Below the pieces are notes generated by a model, which saw only the letters and a list, made by a program, of their open reading frames with translations, did no database searches and was not told the DNA's origin. Positions 31,666 to 44,800 of a DNA stretch of 64,000 nucleotides are shown here, piece after piece (positions within the stretch are counted from its first letter, which is position 1; each line of letters opens with the position of its first letter). The translations under genes and the position numbers were made by a program. Source of the DNA: Eledone cirrhosa (Eukaryota); NCBI GenBank assembly GCA_964016885.1, contig OZ024740.1:334862001-334926000 (forward strand), read 5' to 3'.

Positions 31666-31715
<50 letters not shown>

Positions 31716-31719
<4 letters not shown>

Positions 31720-32125
31720 CGAAGAAATGTGGTAAGGAACCAGATGGACCATAACGCACCAAAGACCAAAGTACTCAATACTTAGGGTAGTAGAGTGGGT
31801 AATAGGAACGAGTAGGACCCCGACGGCTGAGCTCAAGCCGTTTCGACGGCTAATTCTGGACTCCAGAATTAGGCGCCGAAACGGCTTGAGCTCAGCCGTC
31901 GGGGTCCTACTCGTTCCTATATATATATATATATATATATAGGAACCAGTAAGACCCCGACAGCTGAGCTCAAGCCGTTTCGACGGCTAATTCTGAATTA
32001 GCCGTCGAAACGGCTTGAGCTCAGCTGTCGGGGTCTTACTGGTTCCTATTACCCACTCTACTACCTCAAGTATTGAGTACTTTGGTGCGTTATGGTCCAC
32101 CTGGTTCCTTACCACATTTCCTTCG

Positions 32126-32128
<3 letters not shown>
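31716..32128. mobile_element. Two back-to-back fold-back elements (palindromes 31802-31920 and 31939-32049) with outward tails
   Basis: Single-base centres at 31861 and 31994, separated by (TA)n; tails 31716-31801 and 32050-32128. Confidence 0.9.
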
Positions 32129-32186
<58 letters not shown>

Positions 32187-32649
32187 TGTAAGAATGTATG
32201 AATGTATGTATGTATGTTATCTAATATCTTTCTTGCTGCAATTATACTGCAAATATAGATCTACTTTATCAAATCCAACGTTACGTGAGCAATAGTAAAT
32301 GTACTTTTAGGTGAAATGTACTCTTCTGAAAGGCTTTAACTACAAATCGCATGTGGTATTGATAAACCTCTGGTGACTGTATTTATATTATTTTCGGAAT
32401 AAACAATTAAATGAAAATATTTGTATCCAACAAACACATTACATCCATCACATATTTGAATGAATAACCGTAAAATCGATGCCAGCTCTACAGCGTTTGA
32501 ATTTGTATTTGTGTGTGTGCTTGTGTATGTGTGTGCGCGCGAGTGTTTTTCTATATTTCTTCTGCATATTTTCTTTATTATTTCTACGAATATTAATATT
32601 TTGCTCTACTCTGATTTTCTCTTTACCTAGAACATGACGTGCATCTGAG

Positions 32650-33720
32650 AGCGATGACTAACCCTTTTGAGGCTGAGATCTACGGAGAAATTAAAACGAT
32701 GAAATGTACTACGACCTCTGGGAAGGTTGGAATTGCCCTGAGATTTTTAAAGTAGTAAATAGAAAAGGTATTCTCTGGCTGGTTGAAGTGCATCGATGGA
32801 AAGGCACCAAAGCAATGACAATCTGGATTGATAATCGCAATTTTCAAAACGGGTAACGTGATATTACTTTAATCTTAGAAGTTTCTCCTTGTAAAACCTT
32901 CCCAGTAATGTCTATAGTATGTCGTACAAAAGTCATGTGATGAGTAGTGCGGTTTTTGCATCGGACGCATTATATGTGCCAAAATATTCACGTTGAAGCA
33001 AGTCCTCGAAAAATTGTGGGGTATTTCCAAGAAATGTATGTTTGTTTTGTAGAACTTGAAACAAACACGCGACCGAGTTACATGGGATTTATTATGGAAG
33101 GTTCTGCAGTAATACAGAATCGATGGGTAGCTTTTTTCTGCCTTGAATCGTCTATAGGAATGTCTTAGAATCTGTGTTTGAATGAATAAAGCTAAGTCGA
33201 AAACATCCAATGTGAGTGTCGGCATCTGGCACGGGTGCATACTGTCACCCCCCCTCCTTCATAATTTTCTTTAACACGATTGGCACGCTTGGCCAGATTT
33301 TATGTCGTATCAAGACTGCCGAGTAAAAGATCAGTTGATTAGAATTTACTATCGACATGGTACAACATAAATTGCCGGCAATTGATCTCCAGTTTGCTGA
33401 TACGTACTGAAAATGGAAATCAGTGCTGTGAAGATTGTAAAACCCTACCTTTTAAGGAAGCCTGCGCTGTGCACTCAGCATATGAATGGAATTACACTGA
33501 AGCATTGTTAACGAGTTATGGAAGAAAGGAAGGAGGCTGAGTTAACCGCAGGAATTACCGGAACTGTTGCAATAACACAACTTCATCACTCGTTCATCAG
33601 AAAAACGTTTGTGGGTGTAAAAGCGAAATTTGCAATTTTTCGGAGATTAGGAAGTCACTCGGGGAACTCGGGGTAGAGCTGCTACCTCTCCGAATAGACT
33701 ACGGCCTTGCAGTTAGACCG
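32650..33720 (+). mobile_element. RTE-clade LINE RT fragment
   Basis: Degenerate EAEIYGEIKTMK, CGF, MYVCFVELE and KSKTSNVSVGIWHGCILSPP motifs; the 3' part is similar to 2440-2790. Confidence 0.8.
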
Positions 33721-33854
33721 TCTTACACAAGAAGCACTAGACACATTTCGGATTAAACCAACCAACCAACACACACACTCACACACACACACACGCACAC
33801 ACATATATATATTTAAAACATTATATATATATATATTGTAAAATAAATATATAT

Positions 33855-34032
33855 AGACAATCGTTCGACCTTTTGTCAAGTCGTTTGGTCTTTCCAATTG
33901 CTAATACTATCCACCGGTCGCAACGTGAAATAAAGTGTCGTGCTTAAGAACATAACGCATCTCCCGGTCCAGGAAACGAAATCACAACCTCACGACTGCG
34001 AATCCAATTCTCTAACCACTCATCCACGCGCC
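33855..34032 (-). mobile_element. SINE family B (further degenerate copies at ~9790-9955 and ~28900-29060)
   Basis: Aligns to 5580-5787: TTGGTCTTTCCA.TTGCTAA, GTGAAATAAAGTGTC.TGCT.AAG.ACATAACGCATC, TCCAATTCTCTAACCACTCA.CCAC.CGCCT. Confidence 0.8.
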
Positions 34033-34992
34033 TATAGTACACAATGTATGTTATATATGTATGTATTTATCACTGTCTCACTACTCAATTGCTTCTATGT
34101 TATTATAGGCTTTCAAATATATTGTAATGCGTATCTATGTAAATTTTCATCTGCAGAGCCTGCAGTAATGTAATGTTTTACCTTATAATCAACAAATGTG
34201 TTACCATTAATCTTCATCAAAACCAGATTTTTCAAATATATTTAATGTGGAAAGTGATATATGTAAAAAACTGAAACAATGCAATATGCACGATCACGAA
34301 AACGTTAGTTCCATGATATTCTTTGATATTATTTTGTTTCAGATATTTAATCCTAATATTTCGGAACTTATAATTTCCTTCGTTAAAGTAATGGCAAATA
34401 TCAGAGGAATACGTTCCGGTCTCTTTGCTTTAAAATTATATTTAAAATTAATTTTTTAAACAGCTTTCAATCGTTGTGGGACAAGTGCTGTAGCATTCAT
34501 GAGAAGCAGGAGGATAAGGTTAATTGCCGTATGTAATATATCATGTATTCAAATTTATTGTGTAAATGGCTGTGTATATGTAGCGGTGTGTGCGTGTCTT
34601 TTTATGTCAAGTATTGTGTTCTCTGTTCCCTTCTGTTATTATTTGTGTGTTCAGTCTACGAATACACAAGGGTTCCTTTATTCTTCAAGTATATTCAATT
34701 TAAAGTAAGGTAACCTAATTCATTCTAAGTCAAATCATTCTAATATTTCCGCATCTGACACATATTTTCTTTAATATTTCATTGCAGAGCCATAGTAAAC
34801 TTGGTAAAAGTCCTTCGTTAGCGGAATTATTGGTTCCTAGCAGAATATGTAGTAATTACGAATAATGTATTTTCATATATTTATATATGTAAATATCTAT
34901 ACATCGGCATATTAAGTCCAACATATTTGTAGAACAATTGTGATCCACTAAGCGTGCAAGATGGTATACTTTCCCACTACTGTAACGAGGAG

Positions 34993-35730
<738 letters not shown>

Positions 35731-35733
<3 letters not shown>

Positions 35734-35917
35734 CGTTTCTGAATTTGTTTACCAAGATTCTTTATCTGAAAACGTGTGTTGAATATATATATATATTGTT
35801 ATACTTTGGGAGGGTCATTTTACCAATAAGAAACACACGCACCAATAAATTGGAGTGAAAGCAACTGGTGCGTGGGTTTCTTATTGGCAACATGACCCTC
35901 CCAAAGTATAACAATAT
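35731..35917. repeat. Small fold-back element of the 23118-23545 family (palindrome 35793-35917)
   Basis: Same tail and arm sequence as 23118-23225, with an earlier turning point. Confidence 0.8.
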
Positions 35918-36200
35918 ATATATATATATTTATATTCCAACATTTCTTCCTCGTTACAGTAGTGGGAAAGTATACCATCTTGCACGCTTAGTGGATCAAA
36001 ATTGTACTACAAATATGTTGGACTTAATATGCCGATGTATAGATATTTACATATATAAATATATGAAAATACTTTATTCGTAATATATACATATTCTGCT
36101 AGGAACCTATATATAATTAATTAATAATTCTGCTAACGAAACACTTCTACCAAGTTTACTAAGGCTCTGCAATGAAATATTAAACAACATATATGCATAT

Positions 36201-36321
<121 letters not shown>

Positions 36322-36436
36322 TGTATATATATATGCATATATATATGTGTATGTGTGTTTGTATTTGTGAGTGTGATAAGATATATAGTCTTTCCAAAGC
36401 AAATTTCTATGATAGTAATCGATAACTATTAATATT

Positions 36437-36553
36437 AAGTTCAAATCCCGCCGAGGTTAACTTTGCCTTTCATCCTTCCGGGGTCGATATAATAAAGTAC
36501 CAGTAATGCATCGGGTAATTGCTGGCCTTGTGCCAAAAGTAGAAACAATTAAT
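36437..36553 (+). mobile_element. SINE family A, 5'-truncated
   Basis: B box, core and tail present. Confidence 0.85.
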
Positions 36554-36679
36554 ATGAAGTTGTCCAGAAAATAGTCCAGGTTTTATGTTTGTATAACGTT
36601 TCGTTTCTTTACCTTATTTTAGACTCTTTCCTTTTCTGTAATCTATTGTTAAATCAAATTGCTTTCAGGGCAATTTTCA

Positions 36680-37400
36680 AATCCTTAAATTTGAGATGAT
36701 GTCAAAACACGATTTTCCCGAAGTAAAAATACCAAAGTAATTGTTTTCAAGCATTCTGTTGGTCGTGAATAATTCAGATGGAATGGCTGATTTCGTGGTG
36801 GCAAATCGTCGTACAACTCTTCGAGAGCCGTCACGAACATTGGAACAATTTCGTAACATTTGAACTGAATTGGAAAATTAAATCAAGTAAAATGGGCTCT
36901 ACAGGAGTAAAATAACCTGAAATGTCGCCGTTACGATGTATGTTCTTTGATTGTTTTATGCAACAAATATGACGCGTTTCGTCAGTGCATTGTGTTAGAC
37001 GATGTAAAGTGTATGCTATGCAAACACGATGCTCAGCATAGAAGCCGGAAAGAGATGGAGCTCTTCCAAATATGTAGTTGCACCAAAAGAAGCTGATGGA
37101 GGCTTTCAGATTTTCCCTTGACGAAGTAATCAATTTCGGAATTTCCTCGAAATGCCCACAACAGAGAAGTATTGCAACGAAAACGATAAAATGCTTCAAC
37201 ATTGGCTGCGTATGTGTTCAGCATTGGTTAGCAGAAAAGGTCCAATCCTCTTGCCCGAAGACGCTCTACCCAGCATCGCAAACACACAGCGTTCCAGAAA
37301 TTGGAAGAATAGAGTTACGAAAATCTGCTACACCCAGCATACCCACCGGAACTTTTCACAACGGACAACCACTGATTTCAGCATTTCGACATATGTGGTG
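36680..37400 (+). pseudogene. mariner transposase pseudogene
   Basis: VVANRRTTLRE, IGK..KWALQE (WVPHEL-like), LHQKKLM, TEKYCNENDKMLQ..SALVSRKGPILLPEDALP (LLHDNARP-like); stops and frameshifts. Confidence 0.85.
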
Positions 37401-37751
37401 ATTCTAATAATTTTTATTTCGATTATCAAAGTTTATTCTGGAATAAGATATGTATTTTTTCTAATTTTAGTGTTTAAAAAGTAGCATTAGTTTCCGATTA
37501 ACCAGATGAAAGATATCATTTCCTTTTTTAAAATATTGTTTGCTTGAAGGTTACGATGAGAACCCTTAAACATTGGACAGAAAATATTTTGCGGTGTATT
37601 GTTACAATATCTTATATACCGAGTTTAAATGTTTATAATAACATTGATTTTCATCCGGAATTGATAATATAAAGTATTATTCAAGTACTAGGGAAGATTA
37701 TATCGACTTGTCTTTTCCCTAAATTATTAAACGTTTGTCAAATTTTCGTTG

Positions 37752-37975
37752 ATGGTGGTGGATTACCAGTCTCAGTAGAGCATCGGACAATATGTTTAGC
37801 GGCATTTGGTTACGGCCCTTGACGTTCCCAGTTCAAATGCGACCGAGGTTTTCTGTTCACCCTTACGGGGTCGATAAAATAAATTACCAGTTACGCACTG
37901 GGGTCGATTTAATCGACTTCCACTCCCCAAAAAGTGCTGGCCTTGTGCCTATATGAGAAACCATTATTATTATTA
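37752..37975 (+). mobile_element. SINE family A, long variant
   Basis: Head, core, GGGGTCGATTTAATCGAC insert and (ATT)n tail. Confidence 0.8.
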
Positions 37976-38972
37976 TTGTAATTGTTGTTGTTGATATTGG
38001 TGGTGATGGTGATGATGATGGTGGTGGTATTGTTGTTTTCCAATGGTGGTGGTATTGTTGTTTGCTGACATCGGAACTGACTTATTATAAACATTACTTC
38101 GAACGTTGTCAAGTTTCACTTTATTGAAAGAATTTGAGACGAGTGTATTTTCAAAACCTATTCAATTACTACGGAGGAGAAGACAATTGCTACTTAAATT
38201 TATTTTTCCGTCTCTTATTGAGTTAGATGTCACAAAATGAATTCGAGTTTAAACATTTGTTGTGGTTGTGTATTTCTGTGAATATTTACCTGGGGCCCCC
38301 CATGGTATTCATCGTCCTTATTTTGGTCGTCTTTTTTTATTCATTTACTGAAATGCCTTATTCGTTGTTTTTTTGTGTGGTGAGTCCTGAGGTGTGTTGT
38401 ACATTAGGCTGTTTCTGCTGTTTCTGATGTGCCTTCTTTTGCGATGAATTCATTTTCCGTGTTATGTCACTTTCCTCTGTAGTTAGTTATGTTCATGTTA
38501 TTTCTATGAATTGTATTATTTCAAATTACGGTTCCCTAACATAGCTTATCATGATTCTCTAAACAATTGCAAGTGTGTTTGCATTCATATTTTCCCTATC
38601 CTTTCGTTTATTTTTTCCTCACCTTGTATGAGTCCTCTTTATAATGGTTATTTCTGTTGCATATAGTTTTACACTACAATAGAAATATAACCCCACTATA
38701 TAGGTATAATAACGTCACGTTTTCTTTTAATTCCGCTTATACAGGTTACGACATAACGATATTCCAAAATTTTGAAGGAATATAAAATAAAGAACAGACC
38801 TATATAGAAAAAATGATTAAATTCCTAAAAAAGTACAAGAAAAAAGTTTTGTTTTAAAACCGCTATTTGTCTGAAATAATTTTTAAAAAATTAGTTCAGA
38901 CAAAGAGCGGGCATCGTTGGCAATACATTAATAGTGTTATTCCCAGAAGTTTTCCATGATTTCTATGTCATC

Positions 38973-39410
38973 TCACGTGGAAATACGTCGATTTGCGGCT
39001 CTGCGGTTGTTATGATCTGTTTCAGTTAATACTTGAACCAACACCATATGGTAGGGATGTATATTTAAATCGGCACACAGAATCCTCCTCAAACTCTGAC
39101 TTGATATCCATAATGCTATGCTATGCCTACGAGCAGAACACTTTGCCGATTGCTGAATAGATACTCTTACTGTTGCCACATTTTCTGGAGTTCAAACGGT
39201 CCTAGATCTGTCAAGTGATTTTGATTTCAGTGTAGATCCAGTTGCCTGAATGTTAGAAATCCGAAGCAACATCGTCTTCTGATCTGGTACAGATGCATTT
39301 GGAACGAGCGCGCAGCTTCTAAGAAACGCTTGCTGCGTCGCTATTACAGAACAGTTGTTAGAATAATACGCTTAAACAGCAAAGCCACGATGTTCACCGA
39401 TCCAACTCAT
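38973..39410 (-). pseudogene. Tc1/mariner-superfamily transposase N-terminal HTH (DUF4817-like) pseudogene
   Basis: MSWIGEHRGFAV*AYYSNNCSVIATQQAF....VPDQKTML..ISNIQATGSTLK...RSRTV*TPENVATVRVSIQQS.KCSARRHS.AL.IS..SLRRIL.ADL..HPYHM.LVQ.L; TIR-like sequence near 39493-39520. Confidence 0.85.
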
Positions 39411-40524
39411 GATAGGTACTGAAAATAATAGAGACTAGCCTAGAGGAAGAGACATCTACTCTACCGCAACTACAGCCCGCACAGTGCCCGCTCCAAATGT
39501 GGGAGATCTTTATGTCCCACCATTTGTTGAAAACTAACAAAAAATAACAGACATTTCTCTCAAGTTAGCGTTTGTGAGATCACCGATTATCAACAACATA
39601 ACACTTTTTTTTTTTCGTGCGGTGGCCACACATAACTGATGCTACGAAATTCAATTATACATACTTCGTAGATTATTGACACATGCATAGGAACCATAAG
39701 TTTATTTTTGAAAAGCATGCCTTTTATCTTAAGTTGACTTTTCATGGATTGATTGGATATACATTTAGCGCAGTTCATCATCGCCCTGTGGATGTGCTTC
39801 TCAAAACATGCTTGAAGACGAAAATTACCAATGCGTGGTGATTAAATGCCTTAAACGGAATACAGACATGAGGGTATATTGTATCTAATGAATAAAATGC
39901 GGTGCGTTTTACATTGGCAGCATGATCCTATCACTATACATCCTTGTCAAAGAACAATACACACCTTTCAAAATGATCATCTATAATAGAAAAAAAACAC
40001 AGATAAGTCTATCATAGTTACCCTCAAAATCATGTATAGACATACCACCAAGCACCGAAACAAAGCTTCTACTCAACAGCGAAATCCGAAACCTAGATAA
40101 AAAACAGACCAGAACGAAACACCTGCTTACTAATATACACAGACTTTAAACCAAATGCCGTCCGACGTCAGCAACAGATATCATCCTAGCTTAGATTAGA
40201 ACATAGCTTAGAACTCATACCACGTGATCTATTCATCACATCAGCGTAAAAGAAACCCTTTCAGATTCACAAATGCTATCATAAAAACAACAAAAGTTAT
40301 CCTGCTCAGACTTAGTTTCCCCAACTTTACTTTTGACAAAGGTATTTTATCCCGAAATATTACGTACTAGTTTAACACCGCCAAATTAGCATTCCAACAA
40401 TGTCCTTATCATTATTATTGTAGCATTCGAATAAAACACATTTTTCTTTTTTTTTTTCACTTTCTTTAATTATAAAGTTCGTTTCATTTATTTTTCTTTG
40501 TTCAAGATGTTATTGATATCGCCG

Positions 40525-40621
40525 TCATCATTATTATCATCATCATCACCAACATCCTCATCCTCATCCTCATCATCATCATCATCATCATCATCATCCC
40601 CATCGTCAGTAGTAGTAGTAA

Positions 40622-40654
<33 letters not shown>

Positions 40655-40781
40655 GAGGAGGAGGAGGAGGAAGAAGAAGAAGAAGAAGAAGAAGAAGAAG
40701 AAGAAGAAGAAGAAGAAGAAGAAGAAGAAGAAGAAGAAGAAAATGATTAGGAGGATTAGGATTAGGAGGAGGGGGAGGAGG
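40525..40781. repeat. Compound trinucleotide microsatellite (TCA)(GTA)(GGA)(GAA)
   Basis: Direct inspection. Confidence 0.95.
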
Positions 40782-41927
40782 AATGGTAACACATTTATAT
40801 TGTTGAACGAAATATATTTCGTTAATCAACTTCAACTAAATACGTTCTCATTATATTCCCCACCGCTTGATTCCTGTCGTACAAAATCCAAGAAAAGGTG
40901 TTTTAAAGGAAATCTGATTCACAGAACATCTTCATTGAATATTTTGCTAAAAGATGGCGTTGAGTGTTCTTATCTATTTTTCTTTTCGGCATGATTAATT
41001 TATAATCGGCGTGTATAGTAATAATAGTCGAAGAGCTAAAATTGAATATATACATATATTGTATAATGAACACCTTTAAAGAAAGTTTTTCACATTTTAT
41101 TTCAGCCACTCCTATTCTCCTTTCTCGATAACAATGTATAAAGATCTTAAAGGAAAATAATAAGAAATATTAAATATCGATTTTAAATTAGACAAAATGG
41201 TAACAATAATCTAAATATTCTCACCAATGTGTATTTTTCATTGGAGATATTGAAATGTGAAGAAATCCGTTGAGAAAAGAGAAAGAACGAAAGACGAAAT
41301 TAAAACTTTCAGTAAGGTTACAATATTGCGTTAGAAAATATCTGTGATTGGTAAGTCTATAGCCATTATTGGTACAATCTAATTCAAATAGCACTGGGGA
41401 AATCAAGCTTGAAGCATTTGTCATTATATCCGAAAAACAAAATATTGTATTGAACAGGTAATACAATTAATTCTGTATGCTAACTCAAAAGGTTTTTTTT
41501 TTCTTTTTGTAGAAGGACGTTTAACAGATAATTAAGGATCTTTTCGTCTGTAATTTTGCAGAAATATTAAATAAATTACGAATCTACTATTCATAGTAAT
41601 GAAAATGCATGTTAATCTCAGTGGTACAGGACAACATAAGTTCACATCAGTTTATCGTAGGTTCTATTCTGTTAACAAATGCGGGTTCTGTCCTTGAGAA
41701 GGAAACTTCATGGCCCGTTCATATATGCAATCATCTATTGCCGTATGAACACAGAATAATCTCTGCAGTTTTTAAGGAAATATCAAATCCCCTGCTTTAA
41801 TAATTCTCGTTGTTGATAGAATCTGTGCGTGATCCCATCATGTTAAAACACAAATCCATGTACAGTGCACATGCATACAGACACAGGCACACATACACCC
41901 TCACAGACACAGACACAGACACTCACT

Positions 41928-42007
<80 letters not shown>

Positions 42008-42289
42008 GACACAGACACAAACACCCAGTGCAAATCTTATTTCGTAAATGAGGACTATTTCTGAAAACATACCTATATCTTATTTTTTCTAGAGTGTGAG
42101 AGGATTGAAAAAGCTATATAGCTAGATCAAATATATACAAACAGAGGTTCAGTGGTCCTGAACCAAACTTTTCCTATAGATATATATAAAGATAAATAAT
42201 ATAGTAGTCAGGTCGATTTTCGAAAACAACTCACAGGACTGCTGGCCGATAGAATTCCCTTGTCCAGAATTTGCTGGTTATGGTTTTAT

Positions 42290-42921
42290 TATTTGGATTA
42301 GCAGTATCGGTAGAGCGTCGAACGCCATGCTTTGACGTATAGAGTTACGGCCCTGGCCATTCTGAGTTCAAACGACGCTGAGGTTAACTTTGCCTTTCAT
42401 CCTTACGGGGTCGATAAAATAAAGTACCAGTAATGCACTGGGTAATTGCTGGCCTTGTGCCAAAAGTAGAAACAATTATTAATCGAACACCAAGAGCGGT
42501 GGATTGGCAGTATCGGTGGAATGTCGGACACCATGCTTTGTGGCATAGAGATACGGCCCTTTACGGCCTGAGTTCATATCCCGCCAAGGCTAACTTTGCC
42601 TTTCATCCTTAACAGGTCGATAAAATAAAGCACTAGTAATGCACTGAAGTCGATTTAATTGAGTTTCCCCTCGCCTTCAAATTACTGGCCTTGTGCCTAT
42701 ACTAGAAATCATTATGAATCGATGGTGGTGGATTGGCAGTATCGGTAGAGGGTCGGACGCCATGCTTTCCAGCATAGTTACGTCCCTTTACGATCTGAGT
42801 TCAAATCCCGCCGAGGTTGACTTTGCCTTTCATTCTTACGGGATCGATAAAATAAAGTACCAGTAATGCACTGGGTAATTGCTAGCCTTGTGCCTAAAGT
42901 AGAAACAATTATTAATCGATG
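42290..42921 (+). mobile_element. Three head-to-tail SINE family A copies (about 42290-42483, 42494-42718, 42723-42915)
   Basis: Three successive head/core/tail units; the middle copy is the long variant. Confidence 0.9.
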
Positions 42922-43233
42922 ACCAGCTGATTCGTTAGGGAATTTTAAATAGTAATGTGCAAACGTAACAGTGGATTTTTTGTACTTTAGCGGATCTTTA
43001 TGTGCAAATGTGAGAGGATATAGTCACTTTGAACTGATGGAATTGTGAGTACTTTAAAGTTTTCGTATGTTCATCTGTTGATACAATACTTATATTATCT
43101 TTATAGCTTAGGTGTCTGGCTGTGAATGTAGTATTACAATTAATCGTAAGCGAGCGTTCTAGAAGAATTTCAACCAGAAATCACCGGTTATAGATCTAAC
43201 CACTTATAATATATATACATATATACACCCACA

Positions 43234-43269
<36 letters not shown>

Positions 43270-43276
<7 letters not shown>

Positions 43277-44670
43277 CCATTCTTTTCTTTACCCTCTAAG
43301 AAGGAATATGACATCACTTTCAGCTTATATCTGGAGTCTAAAAGACAACCACACCCAATATAAGTTACACTGGGAGATCCTAGCTAGTGCTAGATCGTAT
43401 AACGGAAATAAAAGACCATGTGACCTCTGCGCCGCTGAGGCCCTGGAAATACTCTACGCCACGGACCACATCTTAAACAAAAAATCTGAGGCAATTTCGG
43501 CTTGTAAACATAAATTGCACATAAGTTTCCTGTATTACAGCCCCACGTTATACCCTAACGGATAGTACGATCTAACGTGGATATTTTACGTCTTGATGTG
43601 GGAGCTAAGTATATGTTTTGTTTATACCATTACTTATTTGCATAGGTAAGTATATATTACCCGTATGTTTCGTGAAGGTACGTATACCTTCTTATACGTA
43701 TATTTGATTGTTTATGTTTGGCGTATAATTTTTTTTTTTTTAAATTCTGGTACATATGGTTTGGCTATGTGTATACGGGAGTTTTGCGTCTATGTGAGTA
43801 TGCAGGTTTGTACGTATGTAGGGTGTGTGTATATGTGTATTTCATGTTTTGATTGACTTACGTCTCCGAACATTCGTGTATTTACATGTAGGTATGTGTG
43901 TGCGCTTGTTATATACGTATTTATTTATTTATATACGTATTTTAATTATTTATTTATTTGTATACACGCATACACACACACATATTAATATGTGCGTGGT
44001 TTTGTATACCTATGGTAAGTGTTTTGCGTATGCTTGTGTATGTACGGTTTTGTTTGCGGGTATGTATTTATTTATTTCTATTACTTCTGTATTGTATTTA
44101 TTTACTTTGTTCTTAACTCTGTAGCGGAGATTCATTCGGTCTCCTAGTTAGAATTTTAGTCTACGACTTCTGCTATACCATTTACGTGGTTTTGTCTTTG
44201 CGGGCTATTGTTCTCCACGCTGCACATATGACGTATTATCTTCGTTTTTTTCGTTCATTGCCAGAGAACGTCTCTATGAACCACCTAAGAGAACATTAAT
44301 CTACGACCACTTTTATACCATAAACGTGGTTCTGTCTTTGCGCGTAATTGTTTTTCACCGCTCCTATTAATGACGTATCTTATTCGTTTTTTCCCGTTCT
44401 TTGCCAGCGAACGTTTCGACGAACCAAAGTATCGTCTTCCTCTCTTCCTCCGGTTGCAACGTTTTTTGAAATATCCACTTCTGCGTTTACAGATTGACTT
44501 TGTTAGTTTCAGTAGATCCCGTTAAGGGTGAAAGCAGCGATTCTTTGCTTAAACTTTAATCTGTTATTTTAATAAATAAATATTTGCTCTACGGTTCTTA
44601 TATATTTGATATATACTTATCTTTATCGAGCCCTCTTTGGATTTTAGTCTTGAAATGTATTATTATTACT
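43270..44670 (+). mobile_element. 5'-truncated Penelope-like retroelement: endonuclease C-terminus, ~1.1 kb 3' region, HHR-like motif, AATAAA and tail, inserted in (TA)n
   Basis: GIY-YIG-type ORF 43308-43565; 140-bp tandem duplication 44160-44426; HHR-like fold 44505-44555; AATAAA at 44571; (TA)n on both sides. The 3' end recurs at 47277-47350 and 59225-59520. Confidence 0.75.
43308..43565 (+). pseudogene. C-terminal fragment of a PLE GIY-YIG endonuclease with Cys/His motif (possibly Naiad-type)
   Basis: TSLSAYIWSLKD..Y.LHWEIL..ARSY....RPCDLCAAE...IL.....LNKKSE.ISACKH matches the recalled pattern T.LS..IW.LK....Y.I.W.IL....Y.....C.LC..EK..I.....LN.R.E..S.C.H. No RT upstream. Confidence 0.8.
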
Positions 44671-44738
44671 ATATATATATATATATTCCCTTCTTCGATA
44701 TATTTACTTGTAAAAGACTATTTCGAGTTTATAACTCA

Positions 44739-44800
<62 letters not shown>

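Noticed and set aside
40488-40835. ORFs with poly-L/P/T/D/R/S runs
   Set aside because: Compound trinucleotide microsatellite, open in several frames.
43566-44500. SECIS element or selenocysteine in the PLE (reported for some Naiad elements)
   Set aside because: The visible Cys positions use normal codons, and the ATGAC motifs at ~44228 and ~44370 lack the apical AA and GA pairing by eye.
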